A stretch of 22,396 nt of DNA, taken from positions 1 to 22,396 of the forward strand of contig JBNJGH010000053.1 of the NCBI GenBank assembly GCA_051747585.1, in the 5' to 3' direction. This DNA comes from Candidatus Rifleibacteriota bacterium. Lineage in GTDB: Bacteria; Muiribacteriota; Ozemobacteria; Ozemobacterales; Ozemobacteraceae. The notes below the pieces were generated by a model, which was not told where the DNA came from, searched no databases, and worked only from the letters and a program-made list of their open reading frames with translations. Shown in pieces: positions 1-7,928 of the stretch. Positions within the stretch are counted from its first letter, which is position 1. Each line of letters begins with the position of its first letter. Made by a program: the position numbers and the translations under genes.

Positions 1-1
1 T

Positions 2-1105
2 GAAGCTTTCGAAAAAATTATCCAGGTAAGATACAGAATCGACGGCATACTTTATGACATAATGCCAATTGAGCGTGCGGCGCACCAGGCAATTATTTCG
101 CGCATCAAAATTATGTCCAACCTTGACATTACCGAAAGATTCATGCCCCAGGATGGCAGCTTCAAACTCAGAATAAAGAACCATCAAATAGAGTTTCGTG
201 TTGCAATTTTGCCATCCATTTATGGTCAGAACTGTACAATTCGTATTCTCGACTCCGGCAGGGTTAATCTTGATTTAAGATCTCTCGGCTTTGAAGAAGA
301 AGACATGCGTCTTTTCGAATATAATATTGGAAGGCCATGGGGTCTGTGCCTTCTTGCCGGCCCTACGGGTTCAGGTAAAACAACCACTCTTTACTCAGCG
401 CTGTCTTTGGTAAACAGTCGCCAGAAAAAAGTTATCACGGTTGAAGATCCGGTTGAATTTAAAATTCCCGGCGTCCACCAGATGCAGGTTCACGAAAATA
501 AAAATGATCCAATGAGATCACTTACCTTTGCCAGAGGTCTTAGAGCAATCTTACGTCTTGACCCCGACATTATACTGGTTGGTGAAATTCGTGATTACGA
601 AACTGCAGAAATTACAGTTAAAGCTGCTCTCACCGGTCATATGGTTTTTTCGACAATTCATGCCAACACTGCAATCGAAACCATAAGCAGACTGGAAAAC
701 CTGGGCATTGACCCCTACCTTTATGCATCAGCCCTATGTATGTTAATTGGACAACGCCTGGTCAGAAAAATATGCCCCTATTGCAAAACCGAAATAGAAC
801 CAACCCCTTATGTTGCTGCATCACTTGGTATAGAAATGGATGTTCTAAAAGACACCAAGCTGTATCGTGGTATGGGTTGTAAAAAATGTAATAACAGTGG
901 TTTCCGTGACAGAACAGGCCTTTACGAAGTTATCGAAATCGACCAGGATCTAAAAGAATTGATCGGTCAGCGCCGACCAATTACTGAACTAATACAGCAC
1001 TTAAGAACAAAAAATGTTAAAACCCTTTCGGAATGTTGCCGAACTAAGGTTCTGGCAGGCGAGGTGCCGGTTGAAGAATACATCATGATTAATATGGGAA
1101 GTTAA
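2..1105 (+). CDS. pilB: PilB/GspE-family type IV pilus/T2SS assembly (extension) ATPase, 5'-truncated by the window edge
   Basis: The frame is open from base 2 (EAFEKIIQVRYRIDGIL..., the conserved RxRIDG motif), so ATG 62 is internal. Motifs: LDITERFMPQDG, Walker A GPTGSGKTT, Asp box TVEDPVE, Walker B DIILVGEIRD, His box GHMVFSTIH, and tetracysteine Zn motif CPYC...GCKKC (found in PilB/GspE, absent from PilT). Confidence 0.92.
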   Translation, partial: EAFEKIIQVRYRIDGILYDIMPIERAAHQAIISRIKIMSNLDITERFMPQDGSFKLRIKNHQIEFRVAILPSIYGQNCTIRILDSGRVNLDLRSLGFEEEDMRLFEYNIGRPWGLCLLAGPTGSGKTTTLYSALSLVNSRQKKVITVEDPVEFKIPGVHQMQVHENKNDPMRSLTFARGLRAILRLDPDIILVGEIRDYETAEITVKAALTGHMVFSTIHANTAIETISRLENLGIDPYLYASALCMLIGQRLVRKICPYCKTEIEPTPYVAASLGIEMDVLKDTKLYRGMGCKKCNNSGFRDRTGLYEVIEIDQDLKELIGQRRPITELIQHLRTKNVKTLSECCRTKVLAGEVPVEEYIMINMGS

Positions 1106-1107
1106 AA

Positions 1108-2169
1108 ATGGCAAAGTCTAAATTAAAAACGGTTCTTGAAATGGGAACCTATGAAATGCGTTTAATGACATTACAAAAAGCCAGTTCCGGAGAAATCCGC
1201 TTGGAAAAATGCCTGTCTACCGATACGCCCAAAGATTTTGTAGCTTCAACTTTTATTGAATACCCTATAATGGATCCGGAACCGGTAAAAACAGCAGCTG
1301 CTTCATTAATAAAAGAGGCCAAGCTTCCTTATGAAAACTGCATGGTGTTGTTGCCAGACCACGCCGTCTTGATGGACTTGATCGTAACTCCACCACGTTA
1401 CTCAAAAAAGGAAACGGAAGAAGTCGTTAAGGAAGATTTTGAGCCCATTATGCCACTGCCAATCGAAAACTGGCATCTGATAAGCGAGACAATCGGAAGC
1501 TGGGAAGAAGACGAAATCATATTGGCGCTTGCCGTTATAAAAAGCAATCTTCTCGAAGCTGGCGGGCTGATTCAACAATCAGGTCTTAATCCTAACTCCA
1601 TGGATATAAACTTTTTAAATGTCGCCAACCTTGCAGAAGAATATATCAGCAGCCATGAAAACAAGGGCAAAAACATCTGTCTGGTTCATCTTGGTCACGA
1701 ATCAACCTCTATAGGCGTTTTTTATGATGGGCAGCTAAGAGCACTGCAAAACCGCCCGATAGGTGCTTATGACTTTACCAAACAAATCAGCAAGCATTTT
1801 CACGTTCCCGAAACAGAAGCTGATCAGTTTAAGCGTAATGAAATATTCTTTTTACCAGAACCATCACCTGAACAAGACGGACTTTATAACTTCACTGTAA
1901 TAAAAAACACGTTTGCCAGTCTGACTCGGGAAATTTTCGGAGCAATCGAAAGTTACCTGACAAAATTTCGTGAGTTCAGCATCCATGAAATAATAATTTC
2001 GGGTGGTGGAGCAAATTTTGAAAATATATCTGTTGCACTTTCAACGAATTTGAATACTAAAGTTAAGTGTATCTCAGAAATTTACGAATTACATGTTAAT
2101 GGAAGCCCGGTTGACGCCACTGAAAAGAACTCTCTGGCAGCTGCCTGCGGTTGTTTTTTAAGGGAATAA
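1108..2169 (+). CDS. pilM: PilM-like actin-fold pilus alignment-complex protein
   Basis: 353 aa soluble protein with FtsA/PilM-like segments (LVHLGHESTSI, RPIGAYDFTKQI...EADQFK, IIISGGGA, C-terminal LAAACGCFLR). Lies 2 nt after pilB and before PilN/PilO-like genes. Confidence 0.82.
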   Translation: MAKSKLKTVLEMGTYEMRLMTLQKASSGEIRLEKCLSTDTPKDFVASTFIEYPIMDPEPVKTAAASLIKEAKLPYENCMVLLPDHAVLMDLIVTPPRYSKKETEEVVKEDFEPIMPLPIENWHLISETIGSWEEDEIILALAVIKSNLLEAGGLIQQSGLNPNSMDINFLNVANLAEEYISSHENKGKNICLVHLGHESTSIGVFYDGQLRALQNRPIGAYDFTKQISKHFHVPETEADQFKRNEIFFLPEPSPEQDGLYNFTVIKNTFASLTREIFGAIESYLTKFREFSIHEIIISGGGANFENISVALSTNLNTKVKCISEIYELHVNGSPVDATEKNSLAAACGCFLRE

Positions 2170-2173
2170 GCGG

Positions 2174-2731
2174 ATGAAATTTAAAATAGACATACTGCCA
2201 AATGAATACAAAAGCCTTCCCAGAGATACTCTGGGCATAGCACTGGCTGTTCTAACAATTATCGCCAGTATTTCAGCAGTTGGGTCTATGTATATCAAAA
2301 ACAAATCAGAGCTTAGCGACGTTCAAACCAAAGTCGATACCAAAGAAAACGAGCTTAGAGCAATGGTTGACAAAACCAGTAAGCTTCAACCCCCCGTCAA
2401 TGAAATAAATTCACTTAAAAACAGCATCAACTTCATTAACAAAAATCTTGATGCGCCAGGTACCAGTTGGGTTGATTTTCTTGCAAATCTTGAATCCGCA
2501 GTTCCAAAACGAGTGGTAATAAATGATATTTCGCCCAAGAATTTTACTCAAATTTCCGGCAATTATACCATTAGCGGAGAAGCGGCAACTATCTTCGACG
2601 CACTTGAATTTGCCAAAAGACTGAATCAAACCGGAAAATTCGATGCCTTTCTCAAAAACAATACCAATATAACCCAGAATGAAGGTTCTATACAGAAATT
2701 CACTCTGAACTTGTCTTATAAACCAAATTAA
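2174..2731 (+). CDS. pilN: PilN-like inner-membrane pilus assembly protein
   Basis: N-terminal IDILP (cf. the PilM-binding INLLP motif), one TM helix, coiled coil, then WVDFLANLESAVPKRVVINDI...ISGEA typical of PilN. Confidence 0.85.
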   Translation: MKFKIDILPNEYKSLPRDTLGIALAVLTIIASISAVGSMYIKNKSELSDVQTKVDTKENELRAMVDKTSKLQPPVNEINSLKNSINFINKNLDAPGTSWVDFLANLESAVPKRVVINDISPKNFTQISGNYTISGEAATIFDALEFAKRLNQTGKFDAFLKNNTNITQNEGSIQKFTLNLSYKPN

Positions 2732-2746
2732 TTTAAAGGAGCTGAC

Positions 2747-3328
2747 GTGAAAACCAGACTTCGCTCCATAATTGAACGAGTAGTAACCTATAGTCTTATT
2801 GCGATAGCAATAGGAGCTCTAATCTATTTCCTCAGTTATGTTAACACTCAGCAAAAGCAGGACATAACAGCTAAAGAAGCTGAACTGGCAGGACTTGAAG
2901 AAAAAATAGCAAGTGCTAAGCTTGAGTTTGGCAAAAGGCGCAAACAGGTATCAAGCATCGCTGAACAACTGCGCGAACGGAAGAAAGAAATAAAAGACAA
3001 GTTTGAAAAGCTTCTTGAAAAAGCCTCAAACTATACAGTTTTTATTGAGCAGGTTCAAAGAAAAGCAAAAGCGCTGAGCATTCACATTCATAACTCAGAA
3101 TATCAGCCACCTAAGCCTGCAGCCGGAGCTGGTTCAGCTTATCTGGAATTCAATTTTGATTTAAGAGTAAGAGGCCCTTATAACAAGGTTAAACAATTCC
3201 TCTGGGAAATGGAAAATTCACTGGGGCGACTGGTCAAAATTTCACAGATCGAAATTATTCCGCCACTGAGCGATTCTGCAGGTAATATGTCGCTCAAACT
3301 GACTTTGACAACATTTTTCAAGTCGTAA
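2747..3328 (+). CDS. pilO: PilO/GspM-like inner-membrane pilus assembly protein
   Basis: GTG start with AAGGAG at 2736-2741. N-terminal TM, coiled coil, C-terminal VRGPYNKVKQFLWEMENSLGRLVKISQI matching the PilO G-x-Y...F...E...R pattern. Located after pilN. Confidence 0.85.
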   Translation: MKTRLRSIIERVVTYSLIAIAIGALIYFLSYVNTQQKQDITAKEAELAGLEEKIASAKLEFGKRRKQVSSIAEQLRERKKEIKDKFEKLLEKASNYTVFIEQVQRKAKALSIHIHNSEYQPPKPAAGAGSAYLEFNFDLRVRGPYNKVKQFLWEMENSLGRLVKISQIEIIPPLSDSAGNMSLKLTLTTFFKS

Positions 3329-3352
3329 ACCTATAGCAAGGAATTAAAGAGG

Positions 3353-3991
3353 ATGACCAAACAGGAATTCAAGGAATACTACAAAAAGAATAAAACCGTT
3401 GTAATCGGTGTTCCAATTATTTTAGCAATCCTGCTACTCGACTTTTTTGTTTTAAAACCTGCAAGGCAAAAAAAGCTTGAAGAGCGTAATGCAGATAACA
3501 AGCCCCAGACAACACAATCTGCGCCTGCAACACAGGGCAAAAAGTCTCCTGAAAAATCTCAGGAAAAAGCCCCGATAAAAATGCCCGATCCAATAAGGCC
3601 GCCGGTTTATCCTCCTTTGAGCAACCAAATTAACGAAAGGTTTCAGCTGTCAAAGCAATATCCCTTTCCATCCAATCAGAGAAACATCTTTCAAGCAGAA
3701 AAAGACGATTCGATACAGATTATTCCCGAAATGAAAGAAGAAATAGCACAAACAGTTGTCAGACCTGACATAAGCTACCACGGTTTTTTCTCCCTCGGGC
3801 CTGACAAAGTTGCAATTCTAAAATCAACCGGCAGATTGCTTCTAACCAAAACCGGTGCAATGCTCAAAAGCAGTCCTTTCCAGCTTGCTTCAGTATTTCC
3901 CGATCATGTTGTAATAGTAGATACAGATAATACAGACAGGGCCTTCGAAGTCGCCTTATCAGAAAATACTAATGGAGGCGGGAATAAATAA
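3353..3991 (+). CDS. PilP/GspC-like protein (N-terminal TM anchor, Pro/Gln-rich linker, small beta domain)
   Basis: Occupies the pilP position. TM VVIGVPIILAILLLDFFVL, Pro-rich linker, RNIF (cf. PilP RDPF), then beta-rich ISYHGFF..DKVAILK...LASVFPDHVVI. No Cys, so no lipobox. Confidence 0.55.
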   Translation: MTKQEFKEYYKKNKTVVIGVPIILAILLLDFFVLKPARQKKLEERNADNKPQTTQSAPATQGKKSPEKSQEKAPIKMPDPIRPPVYPPLSNQINERFQLSKQYPFPSNQRNIFQAEKDDSIQIIPEMKEEIAQTVVRPDISYHGFFSLGPDKVAILKSTGRLLLTKTGAMLKSSPFQLASVFPDHVVIVDTDNTDRAFEVALSENTNGGGNK

Positions 3992-5310
3992 TGATGGACT
4001 ACCCAACTTTAAAAAAACTTTTCCAGGATAGAGACAAAAGTGTTCGCTTGTTTTGCCTTAAATGCGCAATAAGAGACAAAGTAGACAACCTGGAAGAATT
4101 TATTATTGAGGGGCTAAAAGATGGAAGACCTGAAATTGTTATCGCAGCATTAAAAGCTGTAAAACAGTATACCAGTTCGGAAATTGTCGAACTCGTTATT
4201 GAATACCTTGAATCTCCAAATACTATTTTAAAAAGCGAAGCCCTTAATGCGCTGGCCGGACAAAAGCGCCCAATGGTAAAAAATGCCGTCTGTGACTTTC
4301 TTAAAAGAGAAGAAGACTCTGCTCTTGTCGCTACAGGAGTAAAAGTTATAGGGTCTTTTCACAGTGACGAATTTCTACCACTGTTCAGGGCGTTTTTAAA
4401 TTATGCTGATGAAAGAGTCAGAGCAAATGCAGTTGAAGCGCTCGGAGAAATCGACAATCCTGAAGTTGTCGAAATTTTAAAAGTTCTTGTATCTGATAGA
4501 AATAACAGAGTAAGAGCTAATGCAATTAAAGCCTTATGGGAAAGGGGAATCAGATTTGGTCTGAATACCCTGCCCGAAGAGCTTCGATCGCCCAATTCAA
4601 GAAAAAGATCATCGGTTGCCTACATACTCGGCGAGATTGAAGAAGAAAGATCTCTTGAGCTGCTGGTAGGACTTCTAAATGATATTTCACCTACAGTCCG
4701 CAATCGAGCAGTCTTAAGCATAGGGAAAATTGGTTCCTCCAGAATTATGTCACAACTGATTGATTCATATAACAGCGAAGATGAGCCATCAATAAGAGAT
4801 CAGATAGTCGCTACAGCACTGGACATTAATCCAGACCTGGCAATTGCCAGATTGACCGAAAAATTTGTTAGAGAAGAAAATCCCCGAATGCGGGCGAATA
4901 TGGTAAAGAGCCTTGGCCGGGCAGCTTCACCCCAGGCGGTTCTTCTACTGTCTAAAGCACTCAAAGATTCAGACAGTAGAGTTAGAGCCAATGCAGTCGA
5001 GGCTGTAGGCCTTTTAAATGACCCACAACTTTCTGAGTTACTTTTTCCGCTACTGCATGATTCCCATAACAGGGTTCGAAGTAATGCCGCAGCAGCACTA
5101 TGGAAACTGGGTGGAATGGGAGCGGTTCTCACTCTTAAACAGATGCTACATTCTACTCACAAACAGATGCGTGCATCTGCTGCATGGGCCCTTGGCGAAA
5201 TTGGAGCGCTTCAATTCAGCGACTCTATCCAATACTTGACCAACGACTCTGACCCTGATGTGCGAAGATGTGCCCTAAAAGCACTGGCAAAACTATCAAA
5301 AATAACTTAG
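3991..5310 (+). CDS. HEAT-repeat (PBS-lyase-like) alpha-solenoid protein, cytoplasmic
   Basis: Recurrent ~38-aa units with D-x-x-x-RVRANA(V/I)xAL motifs (DERVRANAVEALG, DRNNRVRANAIKAL, DSDSRVRANAVEAVG, DSHNRVRSNAAAAL). No TM or signal peptide. Start overlaps the upstream TAA by 1 nt. Confidence 0.88.
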   Translation: MMDYPTLKKLFQDRDKSVRLFCLKCAIRDKVDNLEEFIIEGLKDGRPEIVIAALKAVKQYTSSEIVELVIEYLESPNTILKSEALNALAGQKRPMVKNAVCDFLKREEDSALVATGVKVIGSFHSDEFLPLFRAFLNYADERVRANAVEALGEIDNPEVVEILKVLVSDRNNRVRANAIKALWERGIRFGLNTLPEELRSPNSRKRSSVAYILGEIEEERSLELLVGLLNDISPTVRNRAVLSIGKIGSSRIMSQLIDSYNSEDEPSIRDQIVATALDINPDLAIARLTEKFVREENPRMRANMVKSLGRAASPQAVLLLSKALKDSDSRVRANAVEAVGLLNDPQLSELLFPLLHDSHNRVRSNAAAALWKLGGMGAVLTLKQMLHSTHKQMRASAAWALGEIGALQFSDSIQYLTNDSDPDVRRCALKALAKLSKIT

Positions 5311-5331
5311 ACTGTTAAGCGGTCATACCCT

Positions 5332-5347
5332 GAGGAGACGAGGAGAC
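5332..5347 (+). repeat. Perfect 8-bp tandem duplication (GAGGAGAC x2) containing the Shine-Dalgarno sequence
   Basis: gaggagac at 5332-5339 and 5340-5347, ending 1 nt before ATG 5349. Confidence 0.7.
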
Positions 5348-5348
5348 A

Positions 5349-7916
5349 ATGAACCGCTTTAAATTTTACTCTTTTTCAGCATTATTTTTACTTTTTTTTA
5401 TCGGTCTGAGCTCAGTGCTTTGCGCTCAATCATCTCAGGCACGCAAATTTAATCACGATGGCTTAACAGCAATTAGCGGCGGCCATCATCGCGAAGCCAT
5501 TCAAAACCTGAAAAAGGCGATGCAACTTGAGCCTGATTGGGCCGAGCCATATTTCAATGCCGCCAAGCTTCTTCGACTTCGCAACAAACCGGTTGAAATG
5601 AAAAAAGCTCTGCGCAAAGCTTACAATCTTGAACCCGACAATCCCAAATACGCAGAAGCTTATGCCAAAGCTTTAAAAAATGAGCTGAAAAGGCTTGTAA
5701 AAGCTGGAAAAAAATCCGAAGCAGACAAAATTCGCGCAGAAATTATAAAGGTTAACCCTGCTGAAGTGGCTATTGGTATTCAGATTTTTGATAAACTGGT
5801 AGCAGAAAATAAACTCGAACAAGCAACAGAGCTCGGAAAAAAGATTATCGACGAGAACCCGAAGCTTAGAACCAGATACAACTCTGAACCAATGGGTGAG
5901 TTATATTACAATCTTGCCCGGGTTGAAATGTCCAGAAATAATCTTGTTGCTGCCAAGAACTATGCAACAAATGCCACGAAATATACATTTGGAGTGTCCG
6001 GACAGATCAAGGGCCTGCTCAAAGAAATCGACGAGAAGCAGGACGAGGCTATTGGCGTTTTATTGCAACAAGCCAACGAACAAAAAAGAGTCGGTAATAC
6101 TCAGGAAGCCATTTCAACTCTAAAACGAGCGCTCGAAATCAATCCTTACAGCAACCAGGTCAAATCTGAGTTATCCAAAATTGTCAGTAAAGATGAAGCC
6201 CGAGGCGCACTTGAAGAAGCAAAAGAAATGATCGCTAACGGAAGCTGGCTTTCTGCAAGAGATATGCTTGAATATGTTATTTCTGCCAACCCGGAAAATA
6301 AAGAAGCAGAAAAGCTGCTTGAAAAAGCTGTCGCCAAAGAAGAAGATCTTATGAAAACACTGGGCAGAGCTACCAGATTACCAAGGTCATCGTCCGATCG
6401 TGCCAGCTTGGTAGAGGGATATTTAAGCAAAGGCACCAGATTTTCAGATGCAGGCAATTACAAAGATGCCAGTCTTTCTTTTAGACGTGGGCTTGCCATA
6501 ATAGAACTTGACAACAACCTAAATCATTATAAATCTGCCTTCGAAAAAGAAATGGCTAAAATCAATAAAATAGATAGACGCAAAGAATACTGGCAAAAGG
6601 CAATTGAAGCAAGAAATGCCTATGATTACGAAGAAAGTTTGAAATACCTTGAAAAGCTGCCTAAAAATTACAATATTCAGCTTCCAAGTTATCTTGCTGA
6701 AGCATACTGGAAAATTGGCAATACAGAAGAAGCACTTTCCAATGCCCGTTATCAATTAACCAAACAGCCGGACAACAATCGCGCAAAGTTTGTTCTTGGT
6801 TCGATACTTGATGAACAAGGCGAAACAGAACAAGCCTTCAATTATTATAATGAAATCTACCAGACTGATCCCGGATACCCTGGAATTAAAGATAAACTTT
6901 TAAAAACCAGCTCCTCAAAATGGAAAAGATATCTCCCGCTTGTTGTAATCGCTCTGTTATTATGGATAGCTTATGCCCTTTACAAGCATCTTCCTGAATA
7001 CAATAAGAATACATCTATTAAACGAGCTCGAACTTATCTTAAAAAAGAAATGCTCAAGGAATGTATTGACGAACTTAATAAAATCAAAAGACTGCCAATT
7101 TTAACTCCTTTTGACGGAGCTTTGATTTCCAGAATTCTCGCACAGGCTTATTTAAAAAAAGGCGTATACAGTAAAGCCATTGGCGAATGCAAGCACCTTA
7201 TCTCAATTAACCAGAATGATGAAGATGCTCACACCTGGCTTGGTTATGCCTACCTCGGAAGTCAAATGGTTTCTCCCGAAAGCCTGCCAGAACTTTTGCG
7301 TTTGTATAAAAAAGACAGCCGCAATATAGCCCTGGTATCCCTGTTGGGGTCTCACTATACTAAACAACAAAATCTTTCGCAGGATGGAGTCAAAATACTT
7401 GAACAATGGCTCAACCTTGACCCAAATAACCCGGAAGTACTTAAACCACTTGGAAGATATTACCTCAAAAAAGGTCGCAGCGATGAAAAAGCAATTAAAG
7501 TTTTCCAACGCATGATGGAGCATGGCTCACCCGAACCTGAATTTCTGATCGGTGTTGCACGAATTCATTTGAAGCTGAGACAGTTTGACGAATGTCTGCA
7601 ACTTTGTGAACAGGTTATAAACGCCGATGTAAACAATGAATATGTGCATCAGGTATTGCTTGAAGCCTATCATAAACAAAACAAGCTCGACGACCTGTTG
7701 GCAATCTACAAAAATTTCCTTCAGAACAACCCTTACAATGTTGCTTTCCAAAACGGCCTGCGAGAAGCGCAAAAAGTTGTTGAATCAATTAATTCTTCTG
7801 TAGCTCCGGCTTCAAATGAGCAGCCCGCAAACAATCAGGTTTTATGCCCGCATTGCCAGACAATTAACAGTACAGAAGAATATTACTGCCAGAATTGTGG
7901 GCAAAGCCTAAGTTGA
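5349..7916 (+). CDS. Bitopic TPR protein: signal peptide, periplasmic TPRs, single TM, cytoplasmic TPRs, C-terminal zinc ribbon
   Basis: N-terminal signal peptide (..SSVLCA|Q). Many TPR-like units (KKAMQLEPDWAEPYFN, KRALEINPYS, KQPDNNRAKFVLG). TM YLPLVVIALLLWIAYALY (~6930-6985). C-terminal CPHC-x10-CQNC. Confidence 0.8.
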   Translation: MNRFKFYSFSALFLLFFIGLSSVLCAQSSQARKFNHDGLTAISGGHHREAIQNLKKAMQLEPDWAEPYFNAAKLLRLRNKPVEMKKALRKAYNLEPDNPKYAEAYAKALKNELKRLVKAGKKSEADKIRAEIIKVNPAEVAIGIQIFDKLVAENKLEQATELGKKIIDENPKLRTRYNSEPMGELYYNLARVEMSRNNLVAAKNYATNATKYTFGVSGQIKGLLKEIDEKQDEAIGVLLQQANEQKRVGNTQEAISTLKRALEINPYSNQVKSELSKIVSKDEARGALEEAKEMIANGSWLSARDMLEYVISANPENKEAEKLLEKAVAKEEDLMKTLGRATRLPRSSSDRASLVEGYLSKGTRFSDAGNYKDASLSFRRGLAIIELDNNLNHYKSAFEKEMAKINKIDRRKEYWQKAIEARNAYDYEESLKYLEKLPKNYNIQLPSYLAEAYWKIGNTEEALSNARYQLTKQPDNNRAKFVLGSILDEQGETEQAFNYYNEIYQTDPGYPGIKDKLLKTSSSKWKRYLPLVVIALLLWIAYALYKHLPEYNKNTSIKRARTYLKKEMLKECIDELNKIKRLPILTPFDGALISRILAQAYLKKGVYSKAIGECKHLISINQNDEDAHTWLGYAYLGSQMVSPESLPELLRLYKKDSRNIALVSLLGSHYTKQQNLSQDGVKILEQWLNLDPNNPEVLKPLGRYYLKKGRSDEKAIKVFQRMMEHGSPEPEFLIGVARIHLKLRQFDECLQLCEQVINADVNNEYVHQVLLEAYHKQNKLDDLLAIYKNFLQNNPYNVAFQNGLREAQKVVESINSSVAPASNEQPANNQVLCPHCQTINSTEEYYCQNCGQSLS

Positions 7917-7928
7917 GAAAGGTTTCGA

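Noticed and set aside
2..1105. PilT/PilU retraction ATPase
   Set aside because: It has the tetracysteine Zn motif and lacks the PilT AIRNLIRE motif, consistent with PilB/GspE.
4401..5239. Short ORFs overlapping the HEAT gene, and a possible DNA repeat array there
   Set aside because: The repetition is at protein level (RVRANA units) with diverged codons. There are no identical spaced DNA repeats, so it is not CRISPR, and the ORFs are shadows.
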